From Corallochytrium limacisporum Hawaii (taxonomy: Eukaryota > Protista > Pluriformea): DNA of 63,473 nucleotides. Below the pieces are notes generated by a model. It saw only the letters and a list, made by a program, of their open reading frames with translations. It searched no databases and was not told where the DNA came from. The position numbers and the translations under genes are program-made. The stretch covers positions 116,771-180,243 of the forward strand of contig PDIP01000053.1 of NCBI GenBank assembly GCA_002811645.1, in the 5' to 3' direction. Positions 10,595 through 21,099 of the stretch are shown piece after piece; position 1 is the first letter of the stretch, and the number at the start of each line of letters is the position of its first letter.

Positions 10595-12247
10595 ATGAGC
10601 GGGCAACACATTGAGACCAAAGGGAGTCCCAAATCGGTAACTGTGAAGTTGGTTAAGCATGGTCGTCCGTCCCAGGTTACCCAGAGAGTGAGGATTACGC
10701 CCCGACTTGTCTTCTTAAGATTATTAGTGGCAGCACCTATCATTGTGCGATATGGTGCACATGCATTGGCTTTCGGGTCTGCTCTGTACACGGTTTGGAC
10801 GTCATACATTGATCCCACTGTGAGCATCTGGGACGGCTTGGGCAAGGTCATGACCATCGGGATCTTGGCCTTGGGCTACGAGTACACCTGCCAGATCCAT
10901 GACCTACAGAACACTGGGAAAAAAGTTGGAGTGCATAAAGTCAAGCGGGGACACCTCAGCAACCACTCCTATGCGCATGCAGGCTTTGCCGCATCTGCTT
11001 ACCAGCTATGGAGCACCCCACCCTGGAATCGCTTCATTCACCAGTATCAGCCGTCCGTAGCCGAGCGTCTTGCTGCAAGTGCACACAACAGTGCTGCTAT
11101 GCATACCGTTGTTGAGAACTCACCAATCATTAGTGCATTTGGTAATTGGGCCCTGACCGACGCCAGTTCACCGAAGTCAGGAACCCTGGCGACCGAGTGG
11201 GACATATGGGTCGGGGACTCGTTAGCCGATCTGTTGGTCGAAGGGCCGGTCGACCTCGCAGAGCTGCATAAGGGTATGCGTATTGCCCATGGTCCTATGA
11301 ATCTGAATATCGGAGAACGGATCGGCCGACCCGGCATGTACGAGAAACTGCAGAAATTGAGTGAGACCCAACAGGGTGGAGTAGCACCGTGTGACTGGCT
11401 CGAACGCTTTGCCAAGACCACAACCTTTGCCAACGAACTGCTAGACGGGAAGAGCTTCGAAGAGGCTTATACTGCAATGGAGGCATGTAGCGGCTGGGAC
11501 GACTGGCGTGTGGACGATGAGCGCCGACGGACGGAAGGCGGGTCCCGCAGTACGAAGCATGGAGATGGACTGCCTGTGGCGGACCTCGAGGTGCTCTTTG
11601 ATGTCAAGAGCACACGTCTTGGATCACAAGTATTGGGCAATCTTGTTCGGTCGGTGAATCGTTTGGGTATCCGTGTCATTGCCATAATGAGCTTTACCAC
11701 GGAGAATCTTGACGGACTCGAGGATGTCTTTGGAGAGCACGAACCATTGGGAGCCACGCAGGTTGTCCTCAAAGCCGACGGCAGCACAGTGTTCTGCGAA
11801 TACCCCGCTCCGAAACCGTATTATCTCTACTACCATGCAACCCACATCTTTGCGGACGCCAAGGCTGGCCTGGTGCCCAAGGGTCGTCACATTCTGACGG
11901 ATGCTGCTGTGCTAGTAAAGGAGCCGCCCTGGTACATGTACCGAGGCGTCAGACTGCATATGGAGTCGTACTCTATCAACCAAGTCACCATAGAGTCATT
12001 CAGGAGACTTGTCCGGGACTTTGATATCAAGCTCGGATGTTTTCTGCAGGAGCGTCGTCTAGACCACAAGGCTCTTGAAGTGATATTTGAGGCAGCTGAC
12101 AAGCATAGTGATGTGCTACAACTTGGAGTTGCGTACGGAGGACCCACCGATCGCACTCATGACGACCTGGGCCCAACTTTCCTGTCCTCTACCGCAAGCT
12201 TCGGCTTTGCAGAAATCCTGTCTCTACCTCATTGGTCTTACCCTTAA
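10595..12247 (+). CDS. Uncharacterised membrane-anchored protein, possibly PLC-like/GDPD-type phosphodiesterase TIM barrel
   Basis: 550-aa ORF with N-terminal hydrophobic segments and ordered motifs ASAHNS, TEWDIW, RIAHGP and LFDVKS, resembling the H...ExD...H...DxK pattern of PLC-like phosphodiesterases (GDPD/FAM151). The ORF looks real; the family is uncertain. Confidence 0.55.
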   Translation: MSGQHIETKGSPKSVTVKLVKHGRPSQVTQRVRITPRLVFLRLLVAAPIIVRYGAHALAFGSALYTVWTSYIDPTVSIWDGLGKVMTIGILALGYEYTCQIHDLQNTGKKVGVHKVKRGHLSNHSYAHAGFAASAYQLWSTPPWNRFIHQYQPSVAERLAASAHNSAAMHTVVENSPIISAFGNWALTDASSPKSGTLATEWDIWVGDSLADLLVEGPVDLAELHKGMRIAHGPMNLNIGERIGRPGMYEKLQKLSETQQGGVAPCDWLERFAKTTTFANELLDGKSFEEAYTAMEACSGWDDWRVDDERRRTEGGSRSTKHGDGLPVADLEVLFDVKSTRLGSQVLGNLVRSVNRLGIRVIAIMSFTTENLDGLEDVFGEHEPLGATQVVLKADGSTVFCEYPAPKPYYLYYHATHIFADAKAGLVPKGRHILTDAAVLVKEPPWYMYRGVRLHMESYSINQVTIESFRRLVRDFDIKLGCFLQERRLDHKALEVIFEAADKHSDVLQLGVAYGGPTDRTHDDLGPTFLSSTASFGFAEILSLPHWSYP

Positions 12248-12330
12248 GCGAATATTCAATCTATTCATATCTATTTCTGTTTATATCGCTACTGCTATCC
12301 ATGACTTGAAGCATTGATCGTACATTTTCA

Positions 12331-13458
12331 CTATAGCCGATCTGCCGCCTTCGAGTACACAAGGGCGCAAAACTCTTCCAGTGCCTTCAGATTTAGCAGC
12401 CGTTCCACGGCCTGTCCCTGCATCGATGCAGACGACGAAGAGTCAATCATAGATTCCAGCTGTGCCCGCACGACGGGAATGATCTTAGCCAAGGGCTTTT
12501 CCATCTCTTCCACTTCGATGATGTGCGACTCACCTGCCTTCGCCCGGTGGTACATACCCATTTCCGAGCAAATCTGGTCATGGTAGTAGCAGACTTCACT
12601 GCTCACACAGCCCTTCACAGTTGTAGCAAAGTTGACTGTGGCAAGATAGGCACGCAGTTCGAGGATCCACAACAGTAAACGACGCCTCCGAGCCGCACTA
12701 ACAGCCTCTCGATCCTCCTCTTGCATTCCCTTCATTGCGACACCCATAGCCTGCTCGTCGCTCTTGGGCAGAAGATAGTACCCGAGGCCACCATATGTTC
12801 TCTGCGAATTTGTAAACACCTCGTTTTGGATACCCTCCAACTCTGCAAGGATGCGGTCCGGATCCATGCGCTCCTTCAGGCTAATGTCGTTCATGGTCCA
12901 AACAGCGCTCATTCGAGCCTGAGACACAATATCCTTGACGCCACTCTCCAGTAGATAGCGTGCCATAAGCAAAAACGCCTTTTGGTCCGGTTCATCGGCC
13001 AACGAGGCTGCTGCGTTGTCTGGTTCCCGACTGTAATCATTGTACAAATGTCTCCCAATGATGTTGATCTGAATGCGGAACAGAACCATCAGCAGGACTA
13101 CCGAATAGCATGAAGCAATAAGACCGGCGAAAGTTTCCGTCTTCAAGCTGTTCCAAACTTTGATCTTGGCTTCGCCCTTGAGCTCCCCTCCCCGGAGTTG
13201 GGTTAGATATTCCTCGATCTTTAACTCTTTCCTCAGACACTCCCGCAAAGCAGGAAGCAAGCTGCGGACAATGTCATCTGCAGTCTCCTGGTTAGCCACA
13301 AAGGTTTTTTTGAGGCGTTCGTACGCACGCTTTTCCTTCTGCGACTCGGCCATGTCATTAAGGCGATACCCGGCATATTTATATACACCGTATCCAGCGG
13401 CAACCACCGCACCAAGAGCCATGAATTTACCGCGATGGCGGTTCCAGAATGAACTCAT
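12331..13458 (-). CDS. PEX3: Peroxisomal biogenesis factor 3
   Basis: N-terminal FWNRHRGKF plus TM segment, F..NQ..AD motif, K.KVWNSLK, RIQINIIGRHLY, and C-terminal PLAKIIP...LEEFCALVY typical of Pex3. Confidence 0.93.
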   Translation of the reverse strand: MSSFWNRHRGKFMALGAVVAAGYGVYKYAGYRLNDMAESQKEKRAYERLKKTFVANQETADDIVRSLLPALRECLRKELKIEEYLTQLRGGELKGEAKIKVWNSLKTETFAGLIASCYSVVLLMVLFRIQINIIGRHLYNDYSREPDNAAASLADEPDQKAFLLMARYLLESGVKDIVSQARMSAVWTMNDISLKERMDPDRILAELEGIQNEVFTNSQRTYGGLGYYLLPKSDEQAMGVAMKGMQEEDREAVSAARRRRLLLWILELRAYLATVNFATTVKGCVSSEVCYYHDQICSEMGMYHRAKAGESHIIEVEEMEKPLAKIIPVVRAQLESMIDSSSSASMQGQAVERLLNLKALEEFCALVYSKAADRL

Positions 13459-13738
13459 GGCTGTGTAAATCTATAAGTGAATCTCGAAAACAAAATTCAT
13501 ACCGTGCTCATTTCCAGACAGTCTATTGTCCACCGCAAGATATCCTAAACGTTGAAGCAAACTTCGAAAATAATCTCCAACCTCTAGAATTCATTCTTCA
13601 AGGACCATTCTTCTGAGCTGTTTCTACACGATGTCCTCAAACCAAACAGAAATCTCAAATGAAATAAACAGACATCTAATTGTGGAACACGAATCACTCC
13701 AGCCGGCTCCGTATGCAGCAGATGGGCCCTCCCTTGGT

Positions 13739-13774
13739 TATATTCTTACTTCGCAGTATATTCTTACTTCGCAG
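13739..13774 (+). repeat. Perfect 18-bp tandem duplication (TATATTCTTACTTCGCAG x2)
   Basis: Read directly in the PEX3/APC10 divergent spacer. Confidence 0.9.
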
Positions 13775-14092
13775 GTGGGTTCGCCACTATTTTTAGACGG
13801 TGAGGGAAAACTCGGTTCATTTAGTACCAAAGCCATAGTGAATGCAGGGCACCAGAGGCGTCGACCAACATTGGGATTCCCGAAGGGGGGGGGGCCGGCT
13901 TTGCGCGCGAAAGTCAGCGAAAGCAGACTGCGCACCGCTGTGGTACAAAACGCTGAGGGGTTCCACAACGACTCGTACACATGGAGCATTCATCAAGAAA
14001 CTAACAAATTGGCTGATCATTTGAGGTGAAACAATTATGTAAATTTCACGAGGTGATTATATCATATTTTACTTGGGAATTACACAAGGGTC

Positions 14093-15088
14093 ATGCCGGT
14101 GACAAATCCAAAGAACTTGGAAATTTATAGTCCATTTTTTGCCAAGGAACATGTACAATGGTCTCAGAATGTGATGTCAGTACTCGATCTGGCAGTTGAC
14201 CAGGTGGAGCGAGACCAGATGGACGATGCTGCGTCTAGCACTCGGGATCATGAAAGTGAATCTACCCCCGCCGAGGCGTCCGAGCAGAGAGTGGAAGCTA
14301 TGGAAATGGTTGGCCGGGGCCCCAGACAGGGTACAAGACCCGGTGGAATTCTTCACACCAGTACCATGGATATGGATATCACCGGTGCTGGTGTACTCGG
14401 CTGGGACGATCCAGATGACAGAGAGATGGCTGGAGACACACAACTTAGTATGGCGGATGACAACGGCACGGATCATTTGACTGAAGGACTTGTCACCACC
14501 ACCGTTGTGGAAAGCGATCAAGATATCTCTGAGGAACAGGCAGAGATCCGCAGGCACCACGAAGAGGCCCTCAAGTCTGGATCTCTTCGTGAGGTTGGTA
14601 TTGTTGGCCGCTGGACGGTCAGCAGTGCAAAGAACGGCATGGGTGTCAACAATCTGAGGGACGGTGATCTCACGTCATTCTGGCAGAGCGACGGCGTGCA
14701 GCCGCACAGTATCGATGTACAGTTCCCCCGTCGAATCAACATATCCATGCTCCGCTTTTATATCAATTATCCAGGTGATGAAAGCTATACCCCACAGCGC
14801 CTCAATATCTTTGCCGGTACGCACTTTCACGATCTGCACCTGGTGAGCGAGATCGAACTCAGTGAGCCATCGGGATGGGTGAGTGTGAGCATGGGAGTGA
14901 ACAAAAAGGGCATCGGACACCTGCCGTTGAGCTGTCATCATGTACAGATCTTGGTCCTCTCAAACCATCTCAACGGTCGCGATACACACGTCCGACAGGT
15001 CGAAATCTGGGGACCACGCCGACCATTGAACCCACAAGTGCCCAAGTTTAAGAACGAACACATGCGATTATCGTGCACCTTGCGGTGA
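14093..15088 (+). CDS. ANAPC10: Anaphase-promoting complex subunit 10 (Doc1) with acidic N-terminal extension
   Basis: LREVG...WTVSSAKNGMGVNNLRD...FWQSDGVQPH...DESYTP...NHLNGRDTHVRQVEIW and a C-terminal LR (IR-tail type). The start codon may be a downstream Met. Confidence 0.93.
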   Translation: MPVTNPKNLEIYSPFFAKEHVQWSQNVMSVLDLAVDQVERDQMDDAASSTRDHESESTPAEASEQRVEAMEMVGRGPRQGTRPGGILHTSTMDMDITGAGVLGWDDPDDREMAGDTQLSMADDNGTDHLTEGLVTTTVVESDQDISEEQAEIRRHHEEALKSGSLREVGIVGRWTVSSAKNGMGVNNLRDGDLTSFWQSDGVQPHSIDVQFPRRINISMLRFYINYPGDESYTPQRLNIFAGTHFHDLHLVSEIELSEPSGWVSVSMGVNKKGIGHLPLSCHHVQILVLSNHLNGRDTHVRQVEIWGPRRPLNPQVPKFKNEHMRLSCTLR

Positions 15089-15145
15089 TCGTCTCCATTG
15101 TCCATACACATATAAACATAACCATTCTTTAATATTCTATTGATC

Positions 15146-15607
15146 CTATGCTGCTGGAGTCTGTTCTCCGTACGCGAAACACTTGGCAATGTAAATACCG
15201 GATCCCCCCCAGTTCTCAGTGACTGCAAACATAATGAACCTAGCCAGCACCGGCGGCGAGACATCCCAAAGAAAGTCACCAGCACGGTGCTCAATCTCTT
15301 GGTCCACAAGCATATGAAAATTTGACTTGTCCTCGCTCAACACATTTGAACAGGAGATGGTGATATGTTTGGGGTTCTGGTTGTTCTCACCGTGCAGAAA
15401 GATCCCTACTCGCTCTAACTTTGTCGTCTCGGACAGCTCGAACACTACGTACTGCGGCAGGGGCTCTCCAACAGAAGAAAACCAAACAATTGAAGAATCT
15501 TTCGACAAAAGATTGCTACACCGGCTCTCATGGTGGTATTGACTGGTGAACTCGGCAATACGACCCCCATTGGCCTCTAGGGTCAGGTTCTTCATGATTT
15601 TGGCCAT
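15146..15607 (-). CDS. Galactose-binding-like (jelly-roll) domain protein, IFT25/HSPB11- or F5/8-like
   Basis: 153 aa; pattern L..NGGRIAEFTS...NLL.....WFS....LPQYVVFEL...ARFIMFAVTENWG...AYGE typical of discoidin/IFT25-type domains. Confidence 0.7.
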   Translation of the reverse strand: MAKIMKNLTLEANGGRIAEFTSQYHHESRCSNLLSKDSSIVWFSSVGEPLPQYVVFELSETTKLERVGIFLHGENNQNPKHITISCSNVLSEDKSNFHMLVDQEIEHRAGDFLWDVSPPVLARFIMFAVTENWGGSGIYIAKCFAYGEQTPAA

Positions 15608-16192
15608 GGTTGCATATACGCTCTGCGTATCAAACGATTACACAGAAGCGAGAACTATCAACAACCTGACAGCAGATAAATCCTTGGTGTCTATCTTTGG
15701 TGTCTTTATAGGGCTTCTCAGCAATGGCATGAAGCAGTGGTCATTATTGCCTTTTAAACCTTATAAAAGATATGCCGAGAATTACTCTTATTCCATCTAT
15801 CCCCGGCCTTTCGCGCTACTAAACCCCTTCGCCTCCAATCAACCCGCGCTCTCTCATCTTATGCAACAACAGGCCGCCTAGCCAACGCACTCGACCCCCC
15901 CCCCCGGGGGGGGGGGCCGGTCTCCAGCAGTCGCGTGGGCTGGTTTTTGAACAAGAGTGGGGCCGTCAAGACTGCGGAGGAGAAATATGTTATCATTCAC
16001 GGATTCAAAAGTTAGTTCAATTTTAGAGCAAAGAGTAGTATTATGAAAGCTATTCAAATTCCTAAGGGTAACCACTGAGCTAATTTTTTGTACAACAAGT
16101 CTAGATCAATAGTAATTTGCGAGACTTGGGAAGACAGAACGGGACGAAGTCATGACCTAACCCAGTATAGTTAGACACATTGCCGAACAACA

Positions 16193-17485
16193 ATGTCAAT
16201 AGTACAGATTGCGTCCCGTGGTATGGGCCAAGTTGGTCTCAAGCAGTTGGCTAGCGTTCCAGCGAGCCTGTGCGTGGTACGGCATATGAGTTTGGGCCCC
16301 TTGGTCCAGGATGACCGCTTCGTCATGCACACAAGCCAAAATATTACAAGTGCCGACAAAGCCCGGGTTTTGCCCAATGTGACATCAATCCTGCGAGAGT
16401 TGGCCAAGCAGTGCGTGGAAAATACGATGATGATCGATGTAGAGGCCAGTGACTTCGTAGTCGAACTTGCCAGGCGGTCAAGAGAGTCAAACTTCAATCT
16501 CGGCCCAGTTGCGCATTCATATGCTCTGGCATGGACAAAGATGGCTGAGTTCGAGGATTTGTATCAGAAGGCATTAAGTGAGAACCAAATGACTCCAGGA
16601 AATGCTATTTGGGCCAGTATACATACTGGATTAGGTCGAAGCAAGGGAAATCAGCTTAGAGATCTCGCATCTAAAGTCTCTGCAAGCGACAATGAGGACC
16701 TCGTTGGTCTGTCCAGAAGTACTGAGGCGGCTCACATCATTTCCAGCGGCAAGTTTGCCACCTACACCGAAGGTTTGGCGGAATTGAATAGTGACACTTA
16801 CACCTCGCTCTTCAGCCAGCTCCGTGACGAGGCAACAAAATGCAGAGTCGTGCAGGAACGCACGGAGGTGGTGGACTTCCTGCTACGCTTCCCGACTGGT
16901 GAACACAATGATCTGGCCAAAGAATTGCTTGCAGGTAACGCAGAGCTGATCGCAGACACTATCCGTAAGTCTCCGGTCACTGCAGAGGTTGGCCCCTTGG
17001 TTTCAATTGTCCAGTATTACGGTGAACTCAGCCACTACAATGCCCTTGTGCTTGAGGCTCACAAGGCTGGCCTAGAAAAGATCCGTGAGGCGATGGCAGA
17101 GGTTCGATTCTCACTGGCCCGTCGCAATAAGGAACCTTTGATTCACTGTTTGAAGGAATGGCAGGTGGACCCTTCAGCGACCTACATCAAATTGAACCGC
17201 GACTTTGCGAAGCTCGAAGGTGAGGCAAAGCTTGATGGGGTAGCTTTCAGGGAAAGGTACGGCTTTGGCGGGAATCGGTCAGCAGCAGAGATGCGTAAGG
17301 CTTGGAAGCAACGTCGTCAGCGTAAACGGGAGGGTCGCCCACCTCTTAGTGTTCTACCAAAGGAACCGTTTAGTCCTGCAACGATTAGTAGGGAAACCAT
17401 CGACCCCTCTTACACTCTCCCGGAGGATGTGCGCCAGGAGATTGTCCTGAAGCGGACCGGTGAGAAGGCGCAATCAGCAGAGTGA
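16193..17485 (+). CDS. Uncharacterised, probably mitochondrially targeted helical protein
   Basis: 430-aa ORF with coding-like composition; acid-free N-terminus ending ...VVRHMS (presequence-like); basic patch KAWKQRRQRKREGR. No family recognised. Confidence 0.7.
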   Translation: MSIVQIASRGMGQVGLKQLASVPASLCVVRHMSLGPLVQDDRFVMHTSQNITSADKARVLPNVTSILRELAKQCVENTMMIDVEASDFVVELARRSRESNFNLGPVAHSYALAWTKMAEFEDLYQKALSENQMTPGNAIWASIHTGLGRSKGNQLRDLASKVSASDNEDLVGLSRSTEAAHIISSGKFATYTEGLAELNSDTYTSLFSQLRDEATKCRVVQERTEVVDFLLRFPTGEHNDLAKELLAGNAELIADTIRKSPVTAEVGPLVSIVQYYGELSHYNALVLEAHKAGLEKIREAMAEVRFSLARRNKEPLIHCLKEWQVDPSATYIKLNRDFAKLEGEAKLDGVAFRERYGFGGNRSAAEMRKAWKQRRQRKREGRPPLSVLPKEPFSPATISRETIDPSYTLPEDVRQEIVLKRTGEKAQSAE

Positions 17486-17652
17486 CAGTTCTCGATGCAG
17501 CTCAGAGCTCCGCTGAACTGGGTGACATGAAATTCACGTAGAGATCGAAATATATTGCAATGCTATACTCAGAACAGAGAAAGAAGTTTATATGTGTGTT
17601 ACCAACGTACGAGTGAACAAGTTTCAAACAAATCAATAGTCTCCGCTTGCTT

Positions 17653-18144
17653 TTAGAGGAGAATGAGGAGCATAAGAGAGAACCCCGCCAGTACGCCAGA
17701 GGGCAAACCCATAATGCTACCATCACCGTTGTCGTCCGGGGTATTGTCGTCTTCGGTGGGGTTATCGTTGGGGGTATTGTCATTGGTATCGTCAATGATG
17801 TCGTCATCAGGTGATGACACGGTAACCTTTACCTTCATTCCGTTCTCGCAGTGGTTGGCCACCGTGCAAATGAAAAAGTGATCTCCCTCTGCCAAGTTCG
17901 TGGCGTTCGCAACTCCGCCAGGACTGGTGTTGGCGATCACCTGCACAACGGAGGCCGAGCAACTGTTGGCACTGACTTCAAGCACGTTATGCCTACCAGT
18001 CCACTGGAATCTCACTGTTTCACCCTTACTAACCGTCAGGTCATCATAGCTTGTGATAAACCACTCGATGTCGAGACCCACGACCACACATGACCAAACG
18101 GCAAGTACAGCCAACTGTGTTATCCCTATCAACCTTGTTCGCAT
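17653..18144 (-). CDS. Secreted, GPI/TM-anchored phytocyanin-like type-1 blue copper protein (cupredoxin)
   Basis: Signal peptide; GETVRFQW..RHNV (His ligand); FFICTVANHCENGMK (Cys, His, Met ligands); extra Cys pair as in phytocyanins; D/N/T/P-rich stalk; hydrophobic C-terminus. Confidence 0.85.
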   Translation of the reverse strand: MRTRLIGITQLAVLAVWSCVVVGLDIEWFITSYDDLTVSKGETVRFQWTGRHNVLEVSANSCSASVVQVIANTSPGGVANATNLAEGDHFFICTVANHCENGMKVKVTVSSPDDDIIDDTNDNTPNDNPTEDDNTPDDNGDGSIMGLPSGVLAGFSLMLLILL

Positions 18145-19660
18145 CTTGTGTAGTATTTGAATCGACTCAGCGTTTCCAGTCTTTCAGCAACGATATCACT
18201 GTTTATGTGTACATCTCAGGCAATATCAATGTAATGGCTACTAAGGACAGATCTGATTCCAAATAGGTTCGCTGCAGGTGATGCTCCCGAGGGAGCGCCC
18301 TTTCCCCCCTCTTCCTACCCGTCTCCCTCGACCACCGCCGGCCCTCAGGGCACGCGCTATCTGAAGTGCCCCACAGCTCGCATCGTGAACCCGTGGCGTT
18401 CGTTGAACACATCAACGGGAGCCGAAAACGCAAACTTTCCGCGTGGTGGCTACGTTTCACTCGATCTCTGCGCACCCCCGAAGCCAAAGACACTCGCTGC
18501 CGCGAACGTGAACGACGGCAGGGGTTCCCGGCTTTCGGTCGCGGTCATTGACCACGGAAAGTGCCAGATCAGTGCAGTACATTTACTATGAAATCATTCG
18601 TGTCCGGTGAACCATCAACCGCTGACCCACCCCTTTCTCTCGCGTCCCTTCCATTCTCCCCATTCCCTCCCCGCTTCCCACTACGGGTCAATTTCTAAGC
18701 GGTTCGATTTTTCTCACTCGTACTTCTCCTTTCGGGTCGCGGTACAGCGTGTACCAAATGGGTGGTGCTTGGCAGGGTGACTACGACCCACTCGCATACC
18801 AACACAGCGCCAGAGGGTTCGAACTGTGGTGGGGCCATAAAGCGCCGGCTCGCTTTCTGCCCCGCTTGGTCCCGGTAGCCACGGTCCTCCGCTCTAGCGG
18901 CTCACCAAACCCGTGTTTCAGACTTTGCGAACACAGTACGTCGTGAGTCTACTGTGTATTCCTTGCCCTGCTGCTTCCGCATGCTCATGGGCCATCCAAA
19001 CTTCTCCAGAAGCGCGAAAACAACATGAGGAAGGCTGAGCTTCACATCCTTTGAAGTAGAAACCCACAAAAGTTTGGACCGATTGGGAAGATATGTACCA
19101 TCCTATTGAGTGTGATTCAGCGGATGCTCGTTTGTGAGAATAGGCAACACTATCTATATCGCTGCCCGTTGAGGGGATCTCCCCTGCCATTCATCATGGA
19201 GTGCAGATGTCGAGAAACGGTGGTTATAAACACCTTGAAAATAACACAGCGTTCGATGTATTGTTTGGAACATGTAAAATTTATTACGCATTTCACGAAA
19301 CTCGCGCAAAATGATTTGGAAAGGATGGTGTTGATTTCTAAAGGGTTCAAGCGTGGTGTGACCAGTAAAGCCAATCGCTGGAAGACATGATTGTGGTATT
19401 GTGTACAAAGATCACGTTTTGAGGAGACCCTCGTTGCGTAGCTAACCTGAAACAGAAGGGCAAGATAAAAACGTCTTTTGGATCTTAGAAGTCATGCTGC
19501 TTTCCGTCCACAATGGCAGTTGTGTCATCATGTACTTGTTACCCTATGATGATGAAACATGTACGGTATTAGTTAAGTGAATTAAGAAGAAAAGTATGCA
19601 AAGAGTGTTGGGGATGAATGATTGCAAAATCGGAAAAACATGAACGCATGCTTCAAGCCT

Positions 19661-20275
19661 TTACCTATTGGACTTGGCAACACGCTCCAGCTCGTCCTTC
19701 TTCTTGATGGCATAGCTGTTGGATGATCCCTTAGCGGCGTTAATCAGCTCATCGGCGAGGCACTCGGCGATGGTCTTGATGTTGCGGAAGGCAGCCTCGC
19801 GGGCACCAGTGCACAGCAGCCAGATGGCCTGGTTGACACGGCGCAGAGGAGACACATCGACGGCCTGACGACGGACAGTACCAGCGCTACCGATACGGGT
19901 GGAGTCTTCCCGAGGACCACCGTTGATAATAGCATCGACAAGAACCTGGAGGGGGTTCTCTCCCGTCAGCAGATGGATGATTTCGAAGCAGTGCTTGACA
20001 ATGCGGACAGCCATAAGCTTCTTACCGTTGTTGCGACCGTGCTTCATGAGGCTGTTAGTAAGGCGCTCGACAACAGGGCACTGGGCCTTGCGGAAACGCT
20101 TAACGGCATAGCGACCGGCAGTGTGGGGGGCGTAGACAGCCTTCTGCTTGACAGTGATGTAATCCTGCAGAGCGATATCGCTAACCTGGATGTCCTCGTA
20201 GGACCACTTTCCGAACAGCTTAATCTCGTTCTCGGGTGCGACGACCTCGACCTCAACAGGCATTTCTTCAGCCAT
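19661..20275 (-). CDS. RPS5: 40S ribosomal protein S5 (uS7)
   Basis: IKLFGKWS...[13 protein letters not shown]...[10 protein letters not shown]...[15 protein letters not shown]...[14 protein letters not shown]; intronless. Confidence 0.99.
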   Translation of the reverse strand: MAEEMPVEVEVVAPENEIKLFGKWSYEDIQVSDIALQDYITVKQKAVYAPHTAGRYAVKRFRKAQCPVVERLTNSLMKHGRNNGKKLMAVRIVKHCFEIIHLLTGENPLQVLVDAIINGGPREDSTRIGSAGTVRRQAVDVSPLRRVNQAIWLLCTGAREAAFRNIKTIAECLADELINAAKGSSNSYAIKKKDELERVAKSNR

Positions 20276-21099
20276 GGTGATTGATTTTAAATTATATGAT
20301 ACCCGAAAAATATACCCGGACTATGACTGCAATTGTTTAACCAGGTTCTTATGTGGAAATGGGTGCTCTGAAATAGGATCCATACGTTCCTCGTGCCCCA
20401 TAATAGTCATTATGCACAGCAGTATGCTATTACAAGGGCAAAGAGACCAATGCTACAAGAATAATGCTGGTTCCCAAATGACCTCGTTCTGAGTATACGA
20501 AGCCTAGCCTCACGCAGTGAAAAGCTGCTTGTGACCCCGCTATGACCATGTACTGTGAAACCGTGTGCGGCTCCTCTTCACACACTTGGGCCGACAGGTA
20601 TGCCTACATTTACTATGAAGCTCTGGCGAGATACATTATTGTAGTATTAGTAAATCCACCAATTCGGGTATGGTACTAAATGTACTGGAAAGGCACCTAA
20701 TCGGGGAGGGATACGGGGAGGTAAATTTTGGATATAAATTTCAGCATTCCTTTATCACCAAATTTTCAGAAAAATTTGTGTGTGAAATTTAAAGTGTGTG
20801 TTTTTCTGTGGGACAGGACACTGGCGGGGAAACCGGGAGTTGGAGCCGTCGATCCACACCTCGCCCGCTGGGGAGATTGTTGGACTGGGTCCCCTGTTGT
20901 CTGTTTTGCTGTTGTGAAGAGATTCGAAGTGTGAAAAACATGACGTGTAGTTGATTCATTCAAATAGGAACATAAAACACCAAAATAAAAACCAGAAAGA
21001 GAAGGCGGTATGAATGCTACAATGTGAAGGGAAGTTTTATTCAGATGCGTGAAATGGTTTTAGTGAGAAAGCAAGTCATGGACGAGAGAACATTGTTGC

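Noticed and set aside
18578-20619. Exact 15-bp direct repeat TACATTTACTATGAA (18578-18592 and 20605-20619) flanking RPS5
   Set aside because: About one or two such 15-mer matches are expected by chance in 63 kb; no element structure.
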